Part shown: piece by piece, positions 28,501-42,500 of the stretch | How the letters are laid out: the number at the start of each line of letters is the position of its first letter | Position numbering within the stretch: the stretch's first letter is position 1 | NCBI GenBank assembly: GCA_038087875.1 | Contig: CM075979.1 | Location: 38,316,001 to 38,380,000, forward strand | Source: Malacoraja senta | Lineage: Eukaryota | DNA length: 64,000 nt | Direction of reading: 5' to 3' | The notes under the pieces: model-generated | Told to the model about the DNA's origin: nothing | What the model saw: only the letters and a program-made list of their open reading frames with translations | Database searches by the model: none | Made by a program: the position numbers and the translations under genes

Positions 28501-31500
28501 CTCCACGGAGCTAGGCCCCAACGACAACGGAGACCCGACAGGGAAAAGGTCGGGTCTCCCGTGCAGGGAAGAGATTTTTAAAGTTTCCCCCTCCCCCGCC
28601 CCCCACATATACACAATTAAAAACAGTATATAAAAAACACAAACAACTACATTTAACTAGACAAAAATTAAAAAAAGACAGACGGACTGCAGTCGAGCCG
28701 CTGCCGTTAGGCGCCGCCACTGTTGATGTGTATAAACATCCTGTACTCAAATTCACAATCAGTCAAGGCCACTGTAACAATTTGTTTCCTGGGTGCCTTC
28801 CTGATAGCTTTGAGTTAACTTAGAACTCATTTGATACATGTTCGGTCAAATCCCAATCCTTGCATCATCTTGTTCCAGTGCAGGTTCCTTTCCCTCCACC
28901 AACACCCGATCTGAAGCCACAGAGCTGTGTTAGCCATCTGAACATTGTTCTTGTCTGTGCTGTTCACAAGAACAAATCTCTGCAGAATTTTCACACAGTC
29001 CTAATATCTTGGGCATCACTGGACAGGCAGCATTTATTGATTGGTCCCAACACCTGGCTTTCTTGTTCAGCCACCAATGAGCATGTTAATGGAGTCGACA
29101 AAAGCATGTAGCATTGGAGTCGCATACAGGACAATCCGGTGAGGACGACAGGTTTAGTTCCTCAAAGAACATCCTGAAAGAGTGCTGAAAAGATTTATAA
29201 AGGTGTTGCCAGGACTCGAGGGACGAAGTGATAGACAGGAGTTAGGCAGGCTGGGACTTTATTGCTTGATGTGTAGGAGACTGAGGTGTGATCTTATAGA
29301 GATGTATAAAACCACGAGGGACATAGATAAGATGAATGTACCAAGTCTTCTTTCCTAGGGTAGGGGAATCAAGAATTAGAGGGCGTGGGTTTAAGGTGAG
29401 ATGGGAAATATTTAATAGGACATGAGAGGCAACTTTTGCACACAGTGGTACATATATGGAAAGAGCTGTCGAAGGAGGAGTTGAGGCAACAAATAACAAC
29501 ATTTGTTGGACATTTGAATAGGTACAATGATAGCAAAGGTTCAGAGTGATATGGTTCAAATGTGGGCAAACGGACCACTGTAGATGCCATCTTGATTACC
29601 ATGGGTGAGTTGGGCAGAAAGGAACCGTTTCCATGCTGTCACAGTGATCTAATAGCTTAATGGTTACTTTCTTTGCTTAGAATGTTTTATTCAAATTTAT
29701 GGATTACTGAGTGGGTTGTGAATTTGTGTGGACTTTTAGTCCAAAACATAATTTCCATACTATCTGGCCTAAATGTATAAGATTCTTTCTGCAGCCTGTG
29801 TAATTATACTCCTCTTCACAAGTTTTAAATCAGTCTATGTAGTCTCCTGATGGATGCTCAGTATTTAATCCTTTGTTTTACTGCAGGAAATGCCTCCGCT
29901 GAGGAGATTGTGTCATTGCTTGTTCAAGTGGGGCTCTTTGATACAGCAATCTCCCTATGTCAAACTTTCAAGCTCTCACTCACCCCCATCTTCGAAGCAC
30001 TGGCCTTCAAGTAAGTGTGGGATTGATTGTTGACCGGTTTGTGCGCAGTGTTTGCCCCTTTCTCTTGTGAAGACCCATGACAGTTTGTTCTCTGAGCCAG
30101 TGGAGGTTGAAGTGAACGTGCCACTGGGAGGATAAAAACCTGGATGGCACGGTCTTCTCTCCACCAGTTGAATGGCTTTTTGTTCATGTTAGTGGTTGTC
30201 TAATTAATCAGAGGTTGGTTGAAGAATCTTCTCGGTCATGAAGGGGCTGGCACTTTCTTGATGGGTGAGCTCACTTTGCAGGTTTAGCTGCAAGTCCCCA
30301 TCGCACTTTAAAAAAAAAATGTTGCCCTTCACTGAATTCCTAGGAGTAAATATCACCGGCAACTTGTCCTGGTCTAGCCATATTGAAGCGATGGCCAAGA
30401 AAGCACACCAATGCCTCTAATTCCTCCGAAGGCTTAGGAAGCACAACATGTCCCCATCTACTCTCACCAACTTCTACCCGATGTGCTGTAGAAAGCATTT
30501 TATTGGGAAGCATCACAGCATGGTTTTCAAACAGCTCCATCCAGGACCACAAGAAATTGGAGGGAATTGTGGACACTGCCCAGGCCATCCCCCTAAACCA
30601 ACCTCCCTTCCATTGGCTCCATCTATACTTCACACTACCTCGGAACGGCATCCAGCATAATCAAGGACGAGTCTCACCCCAGACACTCCCTCTTCTCTCT
30701 CCCATCAGGCCAGTTGGACAGAGGTGTGAAAACTCATACCTCCAGATTCAGGGACTGTTTCTTCCCAGATGTTATCAGGCAACTGGACCATTCCGTCACC
30801 AACTGTGGTCCTGAGCTACCATCTATCTCATTGGAGACCCTCGGACTATCTTTAATCTTGCACCAAACATGATTCCATTTGATGTAAACCAGCATCTGCA
30901 GTTCCTTCCTACACATATTTGAATCTTTCACGGTGGAGAGACACAAGTGAAAAGAGCGCTCGCCACTTGCAATGCCATCTGTGGTCGCTCAGGGGATTTC
31001 AACTGAGCTCTTGCAATTTTGTAATGATTATAGGGGTGGGCGGACCATCAGTTGGCAGAAAATCGTTCAATTTGCAGTTCAATGCAAGAAACTATGTATT
31101 GGAACTGAGGCAGAAGATAGTGCCAGAAGGCTCCTGTGATCCAGGTTAAATCTTGCCCTCTGGTCCTGCCTGTGTGGATATTGCACATTCTCCCTGTAAC
31201 CCCGTGGGTTTCCACTGGATGCTCAAGATTTCTCTTTTCCTCCCAAAGATGTGCTGCTATAAATTAATTGGCTGCTATAAATTACCCCTTTAGTGTCTGG
31301 TAAAGGTGCAACTGGTAAAGGAATCAAAAGAGAGTTGATGGGAATCTGAGCGCAAAATAAATTGTAGAGCTGTAGGTAAATGAGAAGAGGGCAATGGGAC
31401 TGATGGGATGCTGCGTGGAACCCAGCATGCACCCAATGGGCTGAAGGGTCATGTGTATATTGTTTATCAGGTGACGTCTGTCTGTATTGTAGGAAGACAA

Positions 31501-34500
31501 TGCAAGCTGGAAATGGGCTGCAAGGCCTGAAAGAGGCAGGTAATAAGTCAACACAGGCGAGAGATGGGGTTTTGATAAGTGGCTGATTGGAACAAAGGCC
31601 AGAGATAAGAGAGGAAGGAAAGTGTGAGACAGGTTTGAAGATTTGCAGAATGGAAAGCCAGAGGGAGGAAATTAGCAGGAGGCGTGAGTGGAGGAGAGAA
31701 ATAGGTGGGAGTCCAGGGGGGAGTGGGAGGGGGGGGGGGGGGAGATTGCAACCTTCACGTGGTCCACCCTGTTTCGACAAATGCAACCAACCTGGCATGC
31801 ACAATCAAATTAAATCAAATAGAACAAATTGTCCTACAACTTTAGGCTGTGCACGCCATGCGCAAGAAGAAGATAGGAGTGGGAGAGATAGGGGGAAAGT
31901 GGGGTTGGGGGGGGATTGTTGGGGGAGAAAGGGGGAAGTTTGAGAGGTTACCTAAAATTGGAAAATTCAATGTTCCGTTGGATTGTGAGCTATCCAAGCA
32001 GAATATGAGGTGCTCTTTATTCCAGTTTGCATGTGGCCTCAATCTGGAAATGAGGAGGCCAAGGACGGAAAGGTCAGTGTGGGAATGGGAAGGGGAGTTG
32101 AAATGGTTAGCAACCGAGAGACCCAGTACGCCTTGGCGAATTGAGCGCAAGTGTTCAGTGAAATGGTCGTCAAATCTACGTTTGGTCTCGCCGATGTGCA
32201 GGAGGCTACATCAGGAAAACGGGTGCAGTAGAGGAAGTGCAATGTGAACCTCTGTCTCACCTGGAAGAACTGTTTGTAAGGTATATCTGGGTCAGCTGGC
32301 AATCATTTCATGTATGCGGGCTGAATGAGCTGTGATAGAATTGATTTCTACATTTCCCAAGTGAAGCCATTGGAGAAAGCCTTATTTGTTTACCATTGCT
32401 TGTGTCTCAGCTGCAATGGGAACTATTGTTGGAGTTTCCACCTATTTGTAGTTAGTGTTATCTGGATTGAAGCTGGCATCATATACAATTCTACAAGTCT
32501 ATATCATATACAATTCTGTACCCTCTTTCAGGTGCATCAAACTGCAGTTCAATGGAGAGGCCACACAGGCGGCTGCCTGGGACTGGCTGAAAACAAATCA
32601 GATGCCATCCGTGGTTGCAACAAAGGAGTCTAGGTACATTCGAGGGGATAAAGGGCAACACTGGGGAGGGGTGGTGCTGCTTGGCACATGCCCTTTGAAT
32701 GAGGTTCTCACTGAGTCAATTACAGCTTCTGATATCAACTGTATCTGGCACCTGGCAAAATTCATACTAACAAATTGTCTGTCATTCCCCATCATTACAA
32801 GCTGCAGCCTTGATCTGTGAACTCGTGTGTGGGGAAGGTATGTCAACAGTGTTTTTGTGTAAAGGAGTGCTTTACTAAGCAATTCCAACAGGAAGTTGAT
32901 GATCACCCACTTCCTTGCAGGTCTGAAGTCAGCTTGATGGAGTGAAGATTCTCATTTCCCAGTAAAAATGTAGAGTTTTATTTGTGCTTTTATACCAGAT
33001 TTACTAAATTAACTACATTTAAATTTCCCAGTTGGTAAAATTTAAACATGGCAGCAAAATTTAAAAAAAAAACTCTAGCCAAGCATCACGTACAATGAAA
33101 TGTCCCACTGGGACTGAACGCCGTTCACCACAGCCAGTGGTCAGACACTCCATCCTTGTTCAGGGACTGAGACGATACTGTGGCCCCAGTCAACTTTGCC
33201 ACCGAATAAGGCTGTTCTGCTCAAACTGTGACAGATCTTGTCCTGATCTACCATCGTTTTTATCACTTGCGCTAATGTTTCCTTATGTAGCCATTAATGT
33301 CAGTTTTTGTTTGATAATGCTCCTGTGTTGTATCTTGGCCCACATTGTTGCATTACAAAGGCACAACAAATAGTTGTTGTCTACTCTTGGAGTGGGCTCA
33401 ACATATCAATCTCCCTTAGTTCAAGGTCCATATGAGTTCCAGTGAATGTGCAGGTCTAGTGAAGCACCTGTGAGATTTTTTTTTCACTGCCACACGTGAT
33501 GGCTAAGGCTTTTAATCTGTTTGACTAAGGCTATGGTTTCTATTAAGGCTAAACTGCTGGGAAGATGTAATAATGACACTTTCTAACTTTCTTGAGCTGG
33601 TTATCATCAGTATATGACCTACCAAAGGCTCTACAGGTCTAAACTTGGGCTCTCACGTCTGCATTAGTTTGGCAATGCTCTCTCCATTGGAGTCCAGTAC
33701 ACCTACTCAATCCTTGTCTCTGAACCGTAATGCATCTGGTACTAAAAATATTTTGCTTTTCTTTTTTTTAAATACTGTGAATTTTGAGTGGACAGACTTG
33801 CAAATAAGCAAAGACAACAGGCATGAAAAGCAAAACAAGACCATAGGTGTTGGAAATCTGAATTTTAAAAAATGAAAGATCTTTGAATTAATAACCCAGT
33901 ATCTCTTGCCGGAGTCGTTTTTGGCATTTTTGAAACAACCATTCTGCAGCAAAAGCAATATTAGCTGAGATACAATTGTTGCCCAAGGTGCTGAGAGAAT
34001 ACTTTGCCCTTCGGCAGTGCTGTGGGATTTTTAACTTATCTGATTAATGTGGGGCCTTGGTTTGATTGTTTTCAGTGAATGAGACCAATGATGGGGAAGG
34101 AAGCCCATTGTAAGATGATTCCTTATTTAGTGGAGCATGTCTTTGAATGAAAGTATTTTTCTGATTAAACTTCTTATCTGTTTTGTTTCCATTTAGTGCC
34201 ACAAATGAAGCCTGGAGGTTGCTCTCTGCCTATCTTGATCGCTACCAGTCGCACAGTTCACAATACCATCACTGTATCATTAATAAACTCTTGTCACATG
34301 GAGTGCCACTTCCCAACTGGCTTGCTAACAACTACAAGGTAAAATTGCTGCTCATTTTTTCACTTTGGATAGCTTAATTGAGAATTGCTTTTGGGCTGGG
34401 AGGTAGGAGATGAATTGTGTGGCCTTGGTCATTCATACTGTCTGTGTGTCAAGGTATTGTGATAAAAAAGGATGTAAGATTTTGCATTACCACTGATCAA

Positions 34501-37500
34501 ACTATCTGATTATCTTGCATTTGTAACATTCAATATTATGGACAGTCCACCAATTGATTTCGATAAAATGTAACAAGGCAAGAGTGCATGATGTAATTGT
34601 GGGGAACGGATTACATGCTCTCTTCAAAAAATGAACATAAGAATGCGACCATCATATGATCATGGATAATCACTGTCCACAAACCCCTTCTGTACCACTC
34701 TCCATTTGCTATTCCTTGATATTTCACATATTTATCCACCTCCCCTTTAAATACATAATGATCCAGTTTCCACCACCTGCTGGAGCAGGGAAATCCAAAG
34801 ATTCACTACCCTCTGCACAAAGAAATATCTATGTACCTCAGTTTTAATTGGTCCCTTATCTTGTAGTTATGCCCCTTGTTCATGACTCTCACTAGTGAAA
34901 ACAACCCAATATCTACCCTGTCGTTGCCTTAAAATCTTGTATATTTGATTAAATCTCCCCTCATTCCCCTACTCCCAAGGAATACAAGCCCAAATTAATT
35001 AGTCTCTCCTGGTAGGATAACCGTCCATTTTAAAAATTCATCCTCTGTAATGAAGGTCAAAATGCCATTTGCCACCTTAGTTTAATAACAGTCATAATTT
35101 AGAAAGCTAGCTTCGTGCACCTATTATCATCAGCGCATGACCAATGGTTCCATGGGAGTTTGCAGCCTCTTTGTGATTTTTCAGAATCGCATTAAATCTT
35201 TCATGTAGTGAGCGATTATATGTAAATAATATACCGTATGTTGGGCTACGGTGAGGAAAAAGCTTAATTCATTGAAGTTTGGGGGTTTATTGCAGTGGAG
35301 AGATGTGACGTTGATTATGGATTGAGAGGTAAAGATAGATCAGCCATGATTGAATAGAGGAGTAGACTATATGGACCGAATGGCCTAATTCTGCTCCTAC
35401 GACTTATGAACATATTAAGCAGAGAATCGACCTACTCCAAGAAGAGTTGGCCCTTGGTGGCCCAACATTAGTCCCACCTGCCTGCATTTCGCCTTTATCC
35501 CTCTAAACCTTTCCTGTCCATGTACCTGTCCAAATGTCTTTTAAATGTTGTTATAGTATCTGCCTCAACTATCTCCTCTGGCAGCACATGGCGTTAAATG
35601 GCGGCGCACACAGTTGCAGCGGCTCAATGTTCTCCCGGTCGGTGCTTTGTGTTTTTTGTGTTCGCACATGTTGTCCTGTATACTTACTGTCGGGCGAACA
35701 ACGTCTATAGCAAGCATGATCTCCTTAGGATTGGAGCTGGTCGCGAGCGGAGTGTGACAGCCGAGTTTGTCCGTTTACATAAGATCCCGGTGGACATAGC
35801 GAGGAGCCCCGGCTCTCCGTGGATTACCATCCCAGCGGGGAGGAGGCGAAGGCGGCGCAGAGAGAGAAGGAAAAAGCTAGGCTGCAGGGCCGGCGGGCTA
35901 GCCAGGCTACGGAGGCACCCACTCAAACCACCGCTTCCCAGCCTGTTTCTCACGAACGCCAGATCCCTCGCTAACAAGATGGATGAACTGAGGCTACAAA
36001 CTGCAGCTAACAACGCCGTGAGGGACAGCTGCATTCTGTTGATCACGGAGACATGGCTTCATTCATTCATTCCGGACTCTGCTATCGAGCTAACAGGCTA
36101 CACCGCACAGCGTCATGACAGGCCAAGAGACTCTGGTAAGAGCAGAGGAGGAGGGCTCTGTGTGTACGTGAACAACAAATGGTGTACTAACACAGTGATT
36201 GTAGACAGTCACTGCTCCCCGGACCTGGAGTATGTGACTGTTAAATGCAGGCCCATTTATCTCCCTAGAGAGTTTACTGTCGTCATGATAACTGTGGTAT
36301 ACATACCACCGGATGCAAATGCGAACTCGGCTATCGGAAAATTGTATGGTAGCACTAGCAGCCATCAGAGCACATATCCTGACGCTGTTCACATCATAGC
36401 AGGGGACTTTAATCACGCGGACTTGAAGGCAATGCTACCCAAATTCTATCAGCATGTTAAATGTGCTACAAGAGGAGCTAACACTGGACAAGGTCTACTC
36501 CAACATCAAGTTGGGCTACAGGGCTAGACCACTACCACACCTGGGCCAGTCTGACCATATGTCCCTGCTTTTAATTCCTGCATATGCCCCCCTCAGGAAA
36601 ACTGCTCCTACCATCACAAAGACCATCACAACTTGGCCTGATGGCGCCTCTCAGCAGCTGCAGGACTGCTTCGACAGGACCAACTGGGATGTGTTTGAAC
36701 ACCAGGACCTGGAGGTGTTCACAGACAGTGTACTATGTTACATTAAAAACTGCATGGACACTGTCACGGTGGACAAACGCATCCAGGTCTACCCCAACCA
36801 GAAGCCCTGGATGACCAGGGAGGTCCAGCGGCTGTTAAAAGAGAGAAACACCGTTTTTAGGTCTGGCGATAGGGCTTTATACAGCACGGCCCGAGCTAAC
36901 CTGAAGAGAGGCATCAGAGAGGCCAAATCAGACTACAGAAGGAGGATAGAGGACCACCTGGACAGTAACAACAGCAGGCAGGTGTGGCAGGGGATCCAGT
37001 ATCTCACCAACTACAAGACCAACCTTGGAGCTGCTGAAGGTGACGCCTCGTTGGCAGAGGAGCTGAACCTCTTCTTTGCTCGCTTTGAAGTGGAGCCACC
37101 AGAGACAGCCATATCACACCACATGGTCCACAACAGTTTATCCCTCAAAATAGAGGAGCATGAGGTGAGGCGCACGCTGCGGGCCATCAATCCGAGGAAG
37201 GCTGCTGGACCCGACGGCGTTTCTGGACGCGTGCTGAAGGACTGCGCAGACCAGCTGGCTGGAGTCTTTACGAGGATTTTCAACCAGTCTCTGGCCCAGT
37301 CCACTGTCCCATCCTGTCTGAAGTCCTCTACCATAGTCCCCTTGCCCAAAAAAACCCACATTTCCAGTCTCAACGACTATCGGCCAGTCGCACTCACACC
37401 AGTGGTGATGAAGTACTTTGAAAAACTGGTCCGGGGTCACATCACATCACTCCTGCCCCAAAGCTTTGACCCCCACCAGTTTGCGTATAGAGCGAATAGA

Positions 37501-39494
37501 TCCACAGAGGATGCTGTAGCCACAGCCCTCCATGCTGCACTGTCACATCTGGAGCAGCGGGGGAGCTACGTGCGGATGCTCTTTGTGGACTACAGCTCTG
37601 CTTTTAACACCATCCTTCCCCACAAACTGGTGGACAAACTTGGGGACCTGGGACTTCCACACTCCACCTGCATGTGGATAAAGAGCTTCCTGTCGGGTCG
37701 CAGTCAGAGAGTCAGAGTGGGCCATCACACATCTACGGCCCTCAGCCTCAGTACCGGCTCTCCACAGGGCTACGTGCTGAGCCCCCTGCTTTACACCATC
37801 TACACATATGACTGCACCCCCGCCCACCACAGTAACACCATTGTCAAATTCGCGGATGACACCACGGTGGTGGGGCTCATCTCTGGGGGGGGATGAGTAC
37901 GCATACAGGGATGAGGTGGAGCAGCTGACAGGGTGGTGTGGAGAAAATAACCTGCTCCTCAACACCTCAAAGACCAAGGAGCTCATAATAGACTACAGAA
38001 AGAAGAAAACGGACATTACACCACTAATCATCGATGGGGACTGTGTGGAGAGGGTGGTGGATTTCCGCTTCCTGGGAATCCACATTGAGGAGGACCTGAC
38101 TTGGAGCGTGAACACCTCTGCGCTGCTGAAAAAGGTCCAGCAGAGACTGTACTTCCTGAGGGTGCTCAGGAAGAACAACATCACCCAGAGACTGCTGCTA
38201 TCCTTTTATCGGTGCTCAATAGAGAGCATCTTAACATACTGTGTATGCGTGTGGTACACCAGCTGCACAGCGGCTAAGAGGAAAGCGCTCCAGAGGGCTA
38301 TTGACAACGCCCAGAAGATTATCGGCTGCCCTCTCCTCACCTTGGAGGACCTACACAGTTCCCACTGTCTCAAAAAATCCCAGAAGATCATAAAGGACAT
38401 TTTCCACCCCGGTCACTCCCTGTTTGAACTGCTGCCGTCAGGCAGACGGTACAGATCAATGAGGACAAGGACAAACAGACTCAAAAACAGTTTTTATCCC
38501 ACAGCAATAACTACACTTAATGTAGCCACCAAATGAGTACAGGTGCGCTACACACCAAAGGGACTGTGAAATCGACAGAAGAATGTTTTTTTTATTTTCA
38601 TGTTATTTATTTTAGTTGTTTATCTTAGACTTTTGCTCTTAGAAAATGTGTGAATGGTGCACTGACTGGTTGGCATTTCTAATTTCGTTGTACATGTTTA
38701 CATGTTATAATGACAATAAAGTATTCATTCATTCATTCACATTCCATTTACCCACCACCCTCTCTGAAGAAGGGTCTCGACCCGAAACGTCACCCATTCC
38801 TTCTCTCCAGAGTTGCTGCCTGAGTTACTCTAGCTTTTTGTGTCTACCCTCTCTAAAAAATTGCCCCCTCGGATTCCTATGAAATCTTTCCCCTTTCACC
38901 TTAAACCTATGTCTTCTTGTTTCCTCTTCTCTGGATAGATGACTCTGTGCATTGACCCTATCTAGTCTCCTCATGATCTTATGCACCTCTATAAAATCAC
39001 CTTTATCTTTATGTCCAAAGTCCTAGCCTGCCCAACCTCTTCCTATAGCTTAGACCCTCAAGTTCTGGCAATGTCCTTGTAAATTTTATCTACGCTTTCT
39101 CCAGTAGAACAACATATTTCCTATGGCAGGGTGACCAAAACTGGACACAATACTCCTCTTATCCCTTCACCAAGGTCTTGTACAACTGTATCATAAAATC
39201 CCAACTTCTATACTGCATGCCCTGTCCGATAATGACAAATATGCAAAAACCTTCTTAACCATCCTATGTACCTGTGACACCACTTTCAACTATGTACATC
39301 CCCACAGCCCTGCCATTCACCGTGAAAATCCTGCTCTGGTTTGTCTTTACAAAATGCAACGCCTCGCACTTTTCTGCATTAAACTCTGCAAGTTATGCAT
39401 AAATTATCCAAGACAGTGAGCAGAAAAAAAGATTGTGCTAAAAACAAAACATTGTTTGTTTATTTCTTTGCATTTTGTTTATTTAATGTCTCTC

Positions 39495-39533
<39 letters not shown>

Positions 39534-42500
39534 CACACACACACTCACTTCATAAGAGCAAATTGTATTCTGTATCTCTGATTTTTGGTAGTCATTTGTA
39601 AATTCCAATGTGGGCGAATTCTGCTCTCCAATCAGCTGCAATGTGGGAAATGTCCGCATTGTGTTCAGTTTTGTGTGTCACATTTTAGGAAAGTTGTGAA
39701 GGCTATGCAGTGGAGCTGAAGTGATTTGCTAAAAGGATTTGAGAGATGAGTGGGTTTTTGTGGATAGACAGGTGGCACTGGGGCTTTTCTCCTTGGGACA
39801 GAGGAGGTTGCAGGCAGGTAAAGGACATGAAATTATTCCTGGTGGAAGGACCAGAATCAGGGCCAAGTGGGAGTAGGGAAATTGTTCAAGCTTGGTGGCT
39901 CAATAGTCAAACACGATGTCCTGTATTATCACCACTCGGTAATCAGTTTGCAAATGTAATTGCAATTCAAAGTGCATATACTCTGCAGGAGTGACCTGTC
40001 CTAAGTGTGTGTGTGTGTGTGTGTACTTTACAAGAGTGGCCTGTCCTGCATGTGTGTGTGTACTTTACAATAGTGGCCTGACCTGTGTGTGTGTACTCTG
40101 CAATAATGACCTGATGTGTGCGTGCATGTACTCTACCGGAGTGGCCTGCCCCGTGTGTGCGTGTACTTTGAAGTAGTGGACTGTCCTGTGCTTATATGTC
40201 TATGTCGTCATGTTTGAGCAAATTCCAAAGTGAAGTGTTTTTGTCTTAAACCAGAAAATGGATATGGCTGGACTCCTGCGACTGTACTTGTACTACGACC
40301 TGTTGGAGGAAGCGGTGGACCTGGTGTTGGAATACATTGATGCATTAATGGGGAAGGGGCACCAGTACTTTGGCATCGAGGTAAGCATGGGATGGGGTGT
40401 ATGGCAGCTTTCTTCACTTCCTCCCGTGGCCAATGTAGGATGATATACCACTGAATGTAGCAACTAAATACAAACTGATCATCCTCTCCCGGCCCCCCTA
40501 GACTCGCTACCAGTCTCTTTCTCATTCTCAACCCATCAAATTACTCCTTGGATCATATATCAGAGTACAGACTGCCTTCTGACACATTGTCTGTCTCTTT
40601 GAAAGAGTTATCCAATCTCACCTGTTTGTATTCACGCATTTCATCATCTCCATGGAAGGTTGTTGCTGGATGCGTCCACTACCCTTTCAGACATGCTGTT
40701 CCCAGTGAAGTGCTTGACTTAGTCCCCACCCCAAAAGTCACCTATCCATCTTCTCCAGAGCAGCTGCCTGACGTGCTGAGTTACTTCAACACTTTGTGTC
40801 TTGACTTGGCATTATGCAACTTTCTTGGGTTGACCAGTGTTGAAACTCCCCTTGCATTATCTCTCCATGCTTCCATTCACGGTCCATTTTGGAACCAGTG
40901 GATCTTCTACCAGAAGCGTCATCTTGAGCAGACCAATCTTTTTCGGCTGTTGCCACTCAGGACAAGTTCTAACTGTCTTCCTACAGTGTACTATGCATTC
41001 AGCCCTGTATGTTGCCTGCTCTTATCTCTGATGTTCTTCTGCCTGTTTCTTTAGTTGCATGAATGTACAGGGCTGACCAAACATTTGTAGAATTCCTTAT
41101 TAAATGGTTGTTTCTCCTCCCTACATTACCTATTGTCGCACTCACTGGGCAGTAACTCCTGCCACGGTCTGGGGATTGAGCACGTGGATAAATCTGTCCC
41201 GAGGTATCTGACGAGCCAAAGCGGCAGAAATCCACTCGAGGGAATGGTCGGGCAGGGGAGGTGGTGAGGTCATGTCGAGCAGGTTTGGGCCATTCGGCCC
41301 TTCAAGTCTGCTCAGCGCAGGAACTTTCTACACACCCGCTATACTAAAACTGGGATACCTTGGACACCCCCACAGTCTGGTCTTAGCTGAAGGAAGAGAT
41401 TAACTGAGAGCTTTGCCCACTGGAGCTAAAAATTCTGTATACAAGTACATCTCTTCCAAAGTGTCACAGGTACCTCTTTGTTCTGGGAAAGAGGGTCTCC
41501 TTGGGGTTTGTCAGAAATAGAACCATCTCTTGACAGCCTCAAATCCATTTTAAGCAAGTGGAGGGCTATTAACTACTGTTGGAATGATCATTCCAGTCAG
41601 TCTGATGGTGTGTGGGGCATATAAAATAGACACCCTGGTGCCCGATGATCCCTGAAGAAGGGGATGGGAAGGGAAGGGCAGTTCCCCTCTCCGTGCAGCT
41701 CCTCCCTGTTAACAGTGATCTGAATCAGTCTTGTGTTTGGCCCAGTGAGCAACCCTGCACATCCCCTGCCCCATGTCTCTCAAGGCTCTGGTTTCAAACA
41801 ACGTAGTCATCGATCAGTTGTTGATTGCATTTCACATGGATAAAACTGGATTGTCAGACAGAATCATTCCGTTTGTTAAATGGCCAGGAAATGAGCAATA
41901 ATTTTGTTTGCTTTACTGAGTCGCTGAAGCTGGCTGATTAATTTGTGTTGCTGTGGCCATGAATGCATATTCCTTGATTTCGACAGGACTGACGCACTAC
42001 TCTGCTGACGGGGTGTGAAAGTGTGCACTCTGACTAGCTTCATTTTCATTCACCAGATCCCCTTGCTTTCTACTCCCCATTATCTTTATCATCCATCTTT
42101 GTGTGTGCTTTATCTTTTATTCTGTCCAGACTACATAAAGGTCCATAAGCTATTTTCAAGGCAACTGATGGTCCAGCACCTTTAATCCAAACAAAATTGC
42201 GAGAGCGCACTTGAAATCCCCCCTGCCCCCAGAAATGTGGCGCCTAGACCGGATATGGTGGCCAACCTCGACCTCATTGGGTCAACTGTGCCGAACAGCG
42301 GCCGTATTTGTCCCCTGCGACTGGGGCTCCGGAACTCTGGTCCAGCCACAGCCAGCAGATCCGTTCCCATAGCTGACTTCAGATGCCAACTTTGTGTGCC
42401 CTCTGGCATCCTAGGCAGACCGTTCTAGTGCCATTGGACTCCTCTCAGAGGCCATGACCTCTGTCGGTCCGGCAAAATGGATAATCCAAGGGAATCTGGA

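Noticed and set aside
28108-28633. 157-aa and 89-aa ORFs
   Set aside because: They lie inside a GC-rich repeat; low-complexity translations not shared with the related element at 58795-59680.
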